A stretch of 49,302 nucleotides of DNA from a plasmid, in the sequence record NZ_CP102504.1. One strand, written 5' to 3'. The notes under the pieces are model-generated. The model did not search any database and was not told where the DNA came from. It saw only the letters and a program-made list of their open reading frames with translations. The translations under genes were made by a program, and so were the position numbers. Shown in pieces: positions 28,692-40,865 of this stretch (positions are counted from its first letter, which is position 1; the number at the start of each line of letters is the position of its first letter).

Positions 28692-28859
28692 GGGGCTTTT
28701 TTATCAATGGGTAACGGTCGCGGCGGCCTCCCGATACGCCTTCAGTTCAATCAAGAGCAAGCCAAGCTCCCGCATCTTCATGCGCGGCATATGAACGGGG
28801 CGGCGGGCCGTCAGAGCGTCGCCAATGTGTTTTGCAAGTGATACAATATCCGTATTCAT
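28692..28859 (-). CDS. Small hypothetical ORF between korC and klcA
   Basis: 55 codons from ATG 28859 (MNTDIVSLAKHIGDAL...); below the ORF-track cutoff. Confidence 0.25.
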
Positions 28860-28986
28860 CGCGTTTATCCTCAAATTGACCGGTGAAAGCCCCTGTGATT
28901 GGTTGCAGCCATACCAGGGGCACCATTTCTTTTTCTACCTATGCACCTCCTTTAAGAGCCCCGGCCATCACCGGGGCTTTCTGTTG

Positions 28987-29394
28987 CTAGTCTATTGCGG
29001 CCAAGATGGCCTCTTTTTCGTCATGCTCACAAGCCCAATCCCGCAAGCTGTGATACAGCCTTGAAAACCGCTCCTGGTCAGCGCCTTCTGTGTGAAATGA
29101 CAGATGGCTATAGAGGTAGAGGCAAGCGGTAATCCCGGCAGCATCGGCGCTCATTTGGCCACTAAAGTAGTTCATGGCCTCGATGTTCAGCATTTCATCA
29201 CGACGCCCAGGAGCCATATAAAAGCCGCCGTTCGACAGCTCCCACATAAGCCAATAAGCCCCGCGATACTCGCGGCAGAGCCCTTTCATTTGCTGGTAAA
29301 GCATCGACTCGAAAACCACATAGAAACGGCCTACATGGGGTCGGTTCCGGCTGAGGGCGAAATGACACCCTAAGCTTTCGGTTCCTTGGGCCAA
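28987..29394 (-). CDS. klcA: KlcA antirestriction protein (ArdB family); its last 58 bp overlap the IR and the end of the Tn5403-like element
   Basis: 135 aa; paralog of the ardB-like gene at 3444. Confidence 0.75.
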   Translation of the reverse strand: MAQGTESLGCHFALSRNRPHVGRFYVVFESMLYQQMKGLCREYRGAYWLMWELSNGGFYMAPGRRDEMLNIEAMNYFSGQMSADAAGITACLYLYSHLSFHTEGADQERFSRLYHSLRDWACEHDEKEAILAAID

Positions 29395-32267
29395 AGATAT
29401 TCGCCAGTCAGTAGAATGTGCGCCCAGCCCAATGGGGATATGTGGGGAAGAAATTCAGGGGGAACATCCAACCCTTCGTTCCGCCGCTCCGTGACGGCAT
29501 GACCAAGATGGACGGTATTCCAGTAAATGATCACCGCAGTCAATAAATTGAGCCCAGCGATTCGGTAGTGCTGCCCCTCTGTCGTGCGATCGCGAATTTC
29601 CCCCTGCCTCCCGATACGGAGCGCATTTTTGAGCGCATGGTGGGCCTCTCCCTTGTTAAGACCGATCTGAGCACGCCGCTGCATGTCCGTATCCAGGATC
29701 CACTCAATAATGAAAAGGGTCCGTTCAATACGACCAACTTCACGAAGCGCAACTGCAAGGTTGTTTTGTCGTGGGTAAGAAGCGAGCTTGCGCAGGAGTT
29801 GGCTGGGCCTGATTTTGCCAGCGGTCATCGTCGCGGCACAACGGAAAATATCAGGCCAGTTCGCAACGATAAGATCCTCCCGGGCTTTTCCACCTACCAA
29901 CTTGCGTAACTCCCTGGGGGTCGTATCGGGATTAAATACGTACAACCGCTTCGATGGCAGATCCCTGATTCGCAGAACGAGATTGTAGCCGAGCAGGCTA
30001 CTGGCTCCGAACAAATGGTCGGTGAATCCTGCTGTATCGGCATACTGTTCGCGAACATGGCGACCGACCTCGTTCATCAGTAGTCCATCGAGAATATACG
30101 GTGCCTCGCTCACGGTCGCCGGGATCGACTGACAAGCGAATGGCGCGAACTGGTCGCTTACGTGAGTATACGCTTTGAGGCCGGGAACAGAACCATATTT
30201 GGCATTGACCATGTTCATGGCTTCGCCATGCCGCGCTGTCGGGAAAAACTGACCATCGCTCGATGCTGACGTGCCCATCCCCCAGACGCGTGACATCGGC
30301 AGTTTACCCTGCGCGGCCACCACAATTGCCAATGCCTGGTTCATGGCTTCGCTTTCAACATGCCAGCGGGCAAGGCGTGAGAGCTGCCAGTAATCATGCG
30401 TGTTTGTAGCTTCCGCCATCTTACGCAGGCCCAGATTGAGCCCTTCAGCGAGCAGGACGTTGAGCAGACCGATCCGGTCGCGACATGGAGCCCCGGTTCT
30501 CAGATGGGTAAACGCATCTGTGAAACCAAGGGCTGCATCAACTTCAAGCAGCATGTCGGTAATCCGAACGGACGGCATTCGGCGATACAGATCCAGTATG
30601 AGTGCCTCGGCACCATCCGGCACGTCTGCTGTCAACCTGTCGATCCGCAACGTTCCATCTTCTATGCTACCGTGCGGAATAGTGCCGTTACGGGCAGCCC
30701 GGGCCAGCCGCTTAAGAGCGATCGTGAGTCGCGCCTTTCTGTCTGCCAGCCAATCCTGTGGGTTGGAAGGCACGGCCAGTTTTGCATTTTCCTGCGCCGC
30801 GATCATCGGCACCAGTACCTGCTTGAGGTCACCATAGCGGCGCGAATGAGCGAGCCAGACATCTCCGGAACGAAAAGCATCCCGGAGGTGAAAGAGTACA
30901 GCCACTTCCCAAAGACGGGTATCTCCTTTTTCCTGAGCTCGTAAATGACGGTTCCATTTGGAGCTGGGCCGCAGGAAACGCCTTTCTGGCGATGCAACAC
31001 CTTTCATCTCTCCGATCGACAAAGCTGCTGCTACCAATGGTCCGGCGACCGGCGCGGCTTCGAGCTTCAGACAGCGCAACATGCGGGGCGCATAACGACG
31101 AAAGCGATGGTATCCCTGCCCGACATATGCAAGAGGCTCATCGGCTAGCGTGTTGCTGAGTTGAGTCCCTGTCGCTACCAGTTGAGCAAGCCGGTCCCAT
31201 GCAACCGAACTGGCGACAGCCATCTCCAGCGGGGTTCCGTCACTGCGGGCCTCAAGCAACGAAGCTCCCAGCGCGGTGAAGGTACGGATCGTATCCGTGA
31301 GTGTGGCTTTAGAGCCGGAAATTGTTTCGTCATGCTGGCGCTTCGCTTCCCGCCAGGTTTTTCCTACGATCCTGTCATGGGTTTCGACTATGGCATCAGC
31401 AATCGCCGCTTCCCACTCCACAACACAGACGGCAAGGATCGCCCAGCGGCGGTCCGAAGTGATGTCACGCAAACCGTCGGTGAAGTAGCGTTCACCCTGC
31501 CGACGCAGCCGGGCAATGCGATGGGCAGGTATGCTGGCCAAAGCACTATGATTGATATTCAGGGTACGCAGAAATTCGAGCCTGTCGAGCAAACGGTTAG
31601 CAGCAGCCGAGTTGTTACCAACCTCGAAGTTGCGAAGCCAGATGAAACGACTGATATTGCCGGCGAGCATTTCACTCAGAAGTTTGTCCAGGTGATCGCG
31701 AACATCCGCTGTTAAATTTTCCGCAATCCGCGTTTCAATCCGCCGCTCAGCGGCGACCAGAGCATCCGCGCACAAGCGCTCGATTGTCGATACTGCGGGC
31801 AGAATGGTGGAAGTTTCCCGACACCGCACAATAAAACGATGAGCAAGATCCTCGTTTGATCTGGCATCTTCGGCCTGGCCGAAAGTCCACTCCCGCAGAT
31901 CACGGGCACCACGGCCCGTGAAGGTCTTGTAGCCGTAAATTTCGCGCAGCGTGTCCATGTGCTGCTGACGGGTTTGGCGCCGTGTGGCATAAGTGAGAAG
32001 CGCATCAGCCGGAACTCCAAGCTGAGCACCGACGAAGGAAAGGACTTCACGCGGGATCATCTCACCAGGAGCCAGTGCACGGCCCGGATATCGTAAGGCA
32101 CAAAGTTGCAGGGCAAAGCCAATCCTGTTTTCCGGTCTGCGGCGCTGCCTAATGTTTTCCAGGTCATCATCGCCCAGCGTGTAGAACTTCAGTAGCGACA
32201 GTTCGTCCGTGGGCAGATCGAACAGCGCTGCTCGCTGCCGTTCGGTGAAAATATGGCGTCGTGACAT
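29370..32267 (-). CDS. tnpA: Tn3-family transposase
   Basis: 965 aa; DDE transposase similar to the Tn3 TnpA at 21266-24271. Confidence 0.9.
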   Translation of the reverse strand: MSRRHIFTERQRAALFDLPTDELSLLKFYTLGDDDLENIRQRRRPENRIGFALQLCALRYPGRALAPGEMIPREVLSFVGAQLGVPADALLTYATRRQTRQQHMDTLREIYGYKTFTGRGARDLREWTFGQAEDARSNEDLAHRFIVRCRETSTILPAVSTIERLCADALVAAERRIETRIAENLTADVRDHLDKLLSEMLAGNISRFIWLRNFEVGNNSAAANRLLDRLEFLRTLNINHSALASIPAHRIARLRRQGERYFTDGLRDITSDRRWAILAVCVVEWEAAIADAIVETHDRIVGKTWREAKRQHDETISGSKATLTDTIRTFTALGASLLEARSDGTPLEMAVASSVAWDRLAQLVATGTQLSNTLADEPLAYVGQGYHRFRRYAPRMLRCLKLEAAPVAGPLVAAALSIGEMKGVASPERRFLRPSSKWNRHLRAQEKGDTRLWEVAVLFHLRDAFRSGDVWLAHSRRYGDLKQVLVPMIAAQENAKLAVPSNPQDWLADRKARLTIALKRLARAARNGTIPHGSIEDGTLRIDRLTADVPDGAEALILDLYRRMPSVRITDMLLEVDAALGFTDAFTHLRTGAPCRDRIGLLNVLLAEGLNLGLRKMAEATNTHDYWQLSRLARWHVESEAMNQALAIVVAAQGKLPMSRVWGMGTSASSDGQFFPTARHGEAMNMVNAKYGSVPGLKAYTHVSDQFAPFACQSIPATVSEAPYILDGLLMNEVGRHVREQYADTAGFTDHLFGASSLLGYNLVLRIRDLPSKRLYVFNPDTTPRELRKLVGGKAREDLIVANWPDIFRCAATMTAGKIRPSQLLRKLASYPRQNNLAVALREVGRIERTLFIIEWILDTDMQRRAQIGLNKGEAHHALKNALRIGRQGEIRDRTTEGQHYRIAGLNLLTAVIIYWNTVHLGHAVTERRNEGLDVPPEFLPHISPLGWAHILLTGEYLWPKEPKA

Positions 32268-32361
32268 ACAAATTCGTCCCTTTTGAAGTATAGTCTGTTT
32301 TGGACAACAGCCAGCCCATATAAATCAGGGCGTTCCGATACAAAAATCCAGGAGGGTTCAA
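32268..32361. promoter_or_regulatory. res site / divergent promoter region of the Tn5403-like element
   Basis: Intergenic region between the divergent tnpA and tnpR. Confidence 0.45.
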
Positions 32362-32967
32362 TTGGGACATCGTGCCGCCATTTACTGCCGGGTTTCAACA
32401 GCGGATCAGTCTTGTGAACGCCAGGAATTTGATCTGCGAGCCTTCGCCGGCCGTGCCGGCTACGACGTGGTGGGAATATTTAAGGAAACAGGTTCAGGAA
32501 CTAAACTCGACCGGGCCGAGCGAAAGAAAGTCCTGGCGCTTGCCCAGTCCAGACAAATTGATGCAATCCTGGTCACTGAGCTTTCCCGGTGGGGGCGCTC
32601 GACGCTCGATCTGCTCAATACGCTACGTGAACTGGAGAACTGGAAGGTTTCCGTGATAGCCATGAATGGAATGGCGTTCGATCTTTCGTCGCCGTATGGA
32701 CGAATGCTGGCGACGTTTCTTTCCGGCATTGCGGAGTTTGAGCGGGATCTCATCAGCGAGCGGGTCAAGTCAGGCCTTGCTGTTGCGAAGGCACGTGGTA
32801 AGAGGCTTGGTCGTCAGGCCGGAGTGCGACCAAAATCAGACCGACTTTTGCCTAAGGTGGTTGCGATGAGGGCCGAGGGACGCAGCTATCGCTGGATCGC
32901 ACGCGAGCTCGGTATCAGCAAGAATACCGTCGCTGACATCGTGCAACGACACAGAGCTAACGCTTAG
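32362..32967 (+). CDS. tnpR: Serine-recombinase resolvase (TTG start after a GGAGGG RBS)
   Basis: 201 aa; (M)GHRAAIYCRVSTADQ... catalytic serine motif; C-terminal HTH (RWIARELGISKNTVADIV). Confidence 0.85.
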   Translation: MGHRAAIYCRVSTADQSCERQEFDLRAFAGRAGYDVVGIFKETGSGTKLDRAERKKVLALAQSRQIDAILVTELSRWGRSTLDLLNTLRELENWKVSVIAMNGMAFDLSSPYGRMLATFLSGIAEFERDLISERVKSGLAVAKARGKRLGRQAGVRPKSDRLLPKVVAMRAEGRSYRWIARELGISKNTVADIVQRHRANA

Positions 32968-33001
32968 GGTGTCATTTCGCCCTCAGCCGGAACCGACCCC
33001 C

Positions 33002-33198
33002 CGTTGGCCTTCCTGTAAAGGATCTGGGTCCAGCGAGCCTTGCGGCGGAACTTCACGCGATCGGCAATGGCGCTGACTACGTCCGCACCCACGCGCCTGG
33101 AGATCTGCGAAGCGCAATCACCTTCTCGGAAACCCTCGCGAAATTTCGCAGTCGCGACGCCAGAGACCGAGGGTTAGATCATGCCTAGCATTCACCTT
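33002..33198 (+). pseudogene. sul1: 3' fragment of sul1 (last 66 codons) truncated by the Tn5403-like element
   Basis: In-frame translation ends ...AKFRSRDARDRGLDHA* (stop 33196-33198), the C-terminus of Sul1. Typical 3'-CS/ISCR1 junction. Confidence 0.7.
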
Positions 33199-33219
33199 CC
33201 GGCCGCCCGCTAAATATCT

Positions 33220-36647
<3,428 letters not shown>

Positions 36648-36939
36648 TGGTGCGCCGTCGCTGAGCCTTGAGGGCACGTCGCATCGCGGCGTGCCCGTTA
36701 CCTCGGACCCGACCCCTCAAGGGCGACCTGGCAGGGGGCGGGTCGATGAGCATGCCAATCCGGACCTCTCCTGCGGGAGATGTCCGGATTGGCATCCACC
36801 GAGTGCCATCTCGTCACTAGGCCCCGGCAGGCCGCCCGCTCTATAGTGCCCGGCATCTTCCTCTGCTTTTGCAGGATTGAGTTGTCAATCTCGCTGACAG
36901 CGCACCTGTGATGGTGAAACCTGCTGCTATGGAGCCTTC

Positions 36940-37758
36940 ATGGGTATGTTTCTGCTGTGTACTTTTCTGATGATCATCCTCTATCCCCTCGGGATCGATC
37001 TCTATCTGGTGGCCGTCCCCCGCATTGCGCAAACCCTGCAGGGGAGCGAGGCGCAGATCCACACCGCTTTTTCCATCTATCTGCTGGGCATGGCGGCTAC
37101 CGTGCTGCCGGGGGGCATGCTGGCGGATCGCCATGGCAGGCGCCCCGTGGTGCTGGGGGGCGCCCTCATCTTCGTGGTCGCCTCCCTGGTGGCGGCGGAG
37201 GCAACCGGCATCGCCCAGTTTTATCTGGGGCGTTTCTGGCAAGGGGTGGGCGCTGGAGCGCTCTACATCATGACCTTCACCGTGCTGCGGGATGTGCTGA
37301 GCCAGGCGCGCCTCGCGATGGCCCTCTCCCTCATCAATGGCGTGATCTGCGTCATTCCGGTGCTGGCTCCCGTACTCGGTTATCTCATCCTGTCGCACTT
37401 CGAGTGGCGCGGCATCTTCGTGGGCATGGCGCTGGTGGCCGCCATCAGTGCCCTGGTCAACCTGCGACTGCTCAAGGAGACCCGCCCCGCCCGCCAGCCT
37501 GCGGGAGCATCGCCGCTGGCCCTGCTGGGCATGGCCCCCTTCATGCAGCGCGCCTTGCTGACCAGCGCCAGCGTGACCGCCATCCTGGTCTATGTGAGCG
37601 TCTCGCCCCTCGTCCTGATGACCACGTTCGGCCTGTCTCCCGAGCAGTACACCCGGCTGATGATGGCGATGGCCGGGGTGAGCATGTCCGCTTCCTTCCT
37701 GACCCCCTTGCTGCTGCGCTTGCTGAATTTTCTTGAACGAATGAATAGCTACCTGTAG
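36940..37758 (+). pseudogene. C-terminally truncated MFS (Bcr/CflA-like) transporter, probably co-mobilised Aeromonas DNA
   Basis: 272 aa of an expected ~400. Signature LADRHGRRPVVLGGALIFVVASL. The ORF ends where the sequence character changes at ~37730. Confidence 0.5.
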
Positions 37759-37908
37759 TGGCTCGCAAACATAATCCCGCAAGCTTGATTACATCCGGTT
37801 TTCCCGACTCAGATTAATTGATAATAAGCCAAGTGCTCGGCTCACAATCAGTGCCAATGAGATTTGCCGCTGTGCCATCGGGCTTGAATTCATCTAGCTA
37901 GGCTCACA

Positions 37909-38250
37909 TTAGGTACCAACAAATGACTTGAGTTGCGTAAGTACGGTTTTCGTCATAATGTCCATTTCTAACAGTCTCTCCAGCGTATCCATGACCATCA
38001 CTTCGTTTTCAGGTTGAATGTCTTCTGCAAGCCACCGCTCACATTGCTGCTGAAATAAACTCAGCGAACCCAGCTGTTCCTGGTAAGCTCTTTCCGTTCT
38101 GATTAGCTCACAGGCCGAAAACAAAAATGGATTACCCTTTGCTTTCTCCAGGTTGAGGGTCTGCTGTTGGGTACTGCTGTGCACTTCCTCAACCATTTGA
38201 ACAAGTAAAGGCAGCATGCTAATCGGCTGCCACTGTATCTTTTCAGACAT
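37909..38250 (-). CDS. Hypothetical protein of unknown origin
   Basis: 113 aa; adjacent to the ORF truncated by IS26. Confidence 0.3.
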   Translation of the reverse strand: MSEKIQWQPISMLPLLVQMVEEVHSSTQQQTLNLEKAKGNPFLFSACELIRTERAYQEQLGSLSLFQQQCERWLAEDIQPENEVMVMDTLERLLEMDIMTKTVLTQLKSFVGT

Positions 38251-38259
38251 AAAGTTCCT

Positions 38260-38555
38260 TTAAATGGGCAGCCCAGCTTCCCGCAAGTCCTGCGTAATTT
38301 CTTTGACCCGATTAGCATCCAACTCACCTTTAAAAAATTTCCGAAGCTCAGCCGGTTTGTAATGAAACTGATCCACCAGTACTTTTTCGCTGTAGCCATG
38401 CCGGATAAGACGTGGCTCTATATCATTGATCCGTCTGGACAGGGTTAAATCCAACACGTCAACCGTGATAGGTTTCACACCCACATTAAAACCTTCTTCC
38501 AATGCCAGCGATAAGTGTTGCTCAATTTGCAATGGTGTCGTCAATCGCTCTACCA
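38260..38555 (-). pseudogene. Hypothetical ORF whose 5' end is cut by IS26
   Basis: The ORF runs into the IS26 IR and begins on a TTG inside it, so it is an N-terminally truncated gene. Confidence 0.3.
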
Positions 38556-39375
38556 GGCACTGTTGCAAAGTTAGCGATGAGGCAGCCTTTTGTCTTATTC
38601 AAAGGCCTTACATTTCAAAAACTCTGCTTACCAGGCGCATTTCGCCCAGGGGATCACCATAATAAAATGCTGAGGCCTGGCCTTTGCGTAGTGCACGCAT
38701 CACCTCAATACCTTTGATGGTGGCGTAAGCCGTCTTCATGGATTTAAATCCCAGCGTGGCGCCGATTATCCGTTTCAGTTTGCCATGATCGCATTCAATC
38801 ACGTTGTTCCGGTACTTAATCTGTCGGTGTTCAACGTCAGACGGGCACCGGCCTTCGCGTTTGAGCAGAGCAAGCGCGCGACCATAGGCGGGCGCTTTAT
38901 CCGTGTTGATGAATCGCGGGATCTGCCACTTCTTCACGTTGTTGAGGATTTTACCCAGAAACCGGTATGCAGCTTTGCTGTTACGACGGGAGGAGAGATA
39001 AAAATCGACAGTGCGGCCCCGGCTGTCGACGGCCCGGTACAGATACGCCCAGCGGCCATTGACCTTCACGTAGGTTTCATCCATGTGCCACGGGCAAAGA
39101 TCGGAAGGGTTACGCCAGTACCAGCGCAGCCGTTTTTCCATTTCAGGCGCATAACGCTGAACCCAGCGGTAAATCGTGGAGTGATCGACATTCACTCCGC
39201 GTTCAGCCAGCATCTCCTGCAGCTCACGGTAACTGATGCCGTATTTGCAGTACCAGCGTACGGCCCACAGAATGATGTCACGCTGAAAATGCCGGCCTTT
39301 GAATGGGTTCATGTGCAGCTCCATCAGCAAAAGGGGATGATAAGTTTATCACCACCGACTATTTGCAACAGTGCC
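38556..39375 (-). mobile_element. IS26 (820 bp), no target duplication
   Basis: 14-bp IRs GGCACTGTTGCAAA at 38556-38569 and, reverse complement, 39362-39375. Flanks CTCTACCA / TTATAAAG differ. Confidence 0.95.
38608..39312 (-). CDS. tnpA: IS26 transposase Tnp26
   Basis: MNPFKGRHFQRDIILWAVRWYCKYGISYRELQEMLAERGVNVDHSTIYRWVQRYAPEMEKRLRWYWRNPSDLCPWHMDETYVKVNGRWAYLYRAVDSRGRTVDFYLS... 234 aa. Confidence 0.97.
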   Translation of the reverse strand: MNPFKGRHFQRDIILWAVRWYCKYGISYRELQEMLAERGVNVDHSTIYRWVQRYAPEMEKRLRWYWRNPSDLCPWHMDETYVKVNGRWAYLYRAVDSRGRTVDFYLSSRRNSKAAYRFLGKILNNVKKWQIPRFINTDKAPAYGRALALLKREGRCPSDVEHRQIKYRNNVIECDHGKLKRIIGATLGFKSMKTAYATIKGIEVMRALRKGQASAFYYGDPLGEMRLVSRVFEM

Positions 39376-39880
39376 TTATAAAGGCAGAACCCAACCCACA
39401 AAGAACTACGGTCGCTGCTATTAGAATGAGTCCGATTACTGCGCTCATTATGCCGTTAGCGCTAATGCCAGCCCCTTCGAACGCTGTTTGTATTGCCGTT
39501 ATAGACTGGTCTACCCCAGTATCAATAATGGCTGCCATCCCTGTGCTTGAGGTTTTATTTTGAGTCACCAATATTGAAGCAAAATTATCAGGCAGGGTTA
39601 AAGCCAAATGCACAAGGTCGGTTTGATATAACCCGCCAGCCGTTGCAAAACTCAAAACAACAGCCGCTTTCATATATTGTGTAATTAAATCCCCAAGCGC
39701 CTCCCCGCCCCCTCCGGGGCTAAGAGCGGAATATGCACCTTGAGCCATAAACTTGATGGTCAAAAATATTGCAACCGTTGGTGTGACGGTTGCAATGATG
39801 GTTGTTACGTTGGTATCAACCATCATATTTATCAGATCATCAATTATGTCAAATATCTGCTGAACAGTATTAAATGCCAT
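39376..39880 (-). pseudogene. virB6: VirB6-like (IncN TraD-type) T4SS inner-membrane protein, C-terminally truncated by IS26
   Basis: 168 hydrophobic aa from MAFNTVQQIFDIIDDLINMMVD..., then it runs into the IS26 IR. Sits in the expected position after eex. Confidence 0.5.
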
Positions 39881-39896
39881 AACTACACCCTGAAAT

Positions 39897-40139
39897 TTAG
39901 TTTAACTTCGGCACGCTATGAGAGTTATCTTTCCCATGAACAAAAAGTTCAGTCTCTGCGTCTCTTGCATTTTTACAATCAGCATCCTGCAAGGATTCAG
40001 CGTTCTTTTTGCATTCAACAAGCATTTGTTTTCGCTCTGTCTCATGCGACTTATACCAATCTTTGTCATGCTCAGGCTTACAACCAGCGAGAGCGGAAAC
40101 ACCGATAAAAACTAAAGCTACTTTTAAAGTCGTTTTCAT
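39897..40139 (-). CDS. eex: Entry-exclusion lipoprotein (Eex-like)
   Basis: 80 aa, lipobox VSALAGC, AAGGTG RBS. Between virB5 and virB6 as in pKM101 (order recalled from memory). Confidence 0.5.
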   Translation of the reverse strand: MKTTLKVALVFIGVSALAGCKPEHDKDWYKSHETERKQMLVECKKNAESLQDADCKNARDAETELFVHGKDNSHSVPKLN

Positions 40140-40148
40140 ATAATCACC

Positions 40149-40850
40149 TTATTTCAACGGAGCGGGGTTATGACCACCATCAGAACCATAAATAAAATTA
40201 CCTACGGCGCGTTCTCTTTGAGCTTCATACAACTTATCTTGTGATTCCTGAAGCATACTCATGAGCTTCAGTTTCGCTTGCTCGCCCTGAATTGCGCCTT
40301 GCGCGGTTTGAATGCGAGCCTGAAGATCAGCAACTTCCTTTACATCTTTAGTTGTGGAAATCTGCTCGGTTAGTGCTTGCATATCACTTAATTCCTGCAT
40401 CTGATTGTTATATGCCTTTTCAGCTATAACACGGTCATATGCTCCTTTCTCGGCCAACTTTTTATTTAGAGCTTTAATTGCATCAGAAGGATTCATATCA
40501 TCAACTTCCGAATTAAAGTCACCAACCATACTTTGAACATCACCAGTTACGGACGATGATGAGTTCATGGCATCGCTATAAACTTTCTTCCAGTCGTCAG
40601 GAAGATTTTTAGCGAGGGCACTTGTAGACGAACCCAACAAATTCCCAATATCAGTAGTTTTTGTCAGACTTTTATAAGTCGCCTCTTGGGTTGCCAGTTG
40701 TTGCTTTAACTGTTCTATTTGGTCAAGCATTTTAGCCACGCCAGTCGGATCGTAGACCACAACACCAGTACCCTCTATAGCAGAAGCCGTACCAATGGTT
40801 CCCGCACCTAACAGCCCAGCCAGTGCAATAGCAATTAACTTCGCTTTCAT
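40149..40850 (-). CDS. virB5: VirB5-like minor pilin
   Basis: 233 aa, signal peptide, coiled-coil-rich. Follows virB4. Confidence 0.65.
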   Translation of the reverse strand: MKAKLIAIALAGLLGAGTIGTASAIEGTGVVVYDPTGVAKMLDQIEQLKQQLATQEATYKSLTKTTDIGNLLGSSTSALAKNLPDDWKKVYSDAMNSSSSVTGDVQSMVGDFNSEVDDMNPSDAIKALNKKLAEKGAYDRVIAEKAYNNQMQELSDMQALTEQISTTKDVKEVADLQARIQTAQGAIQGEQAKLKLMSMLQESQDKLYEAQRERAVGNFIYGSDGGHNPAPLK

Positions 40851-40865
40851 AACATCATCCTCTAA

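Larger units (their letters stand above)
29337..33001. mobile_element. Tn5403-like compact Tn3-family transposon (tnpA + res + tnpR only), without TSD
   Basis: 39-bp IRs GGGGTCGGTTCCGGCTGAGGGCGAAATGACACCCTAAGC at 29337-29375 and, reverse complement, ~32957-33001. Length ~3.66 kb. Flanking 5-mers TACAT / CCGTT do not match. Confidence 0.65.
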
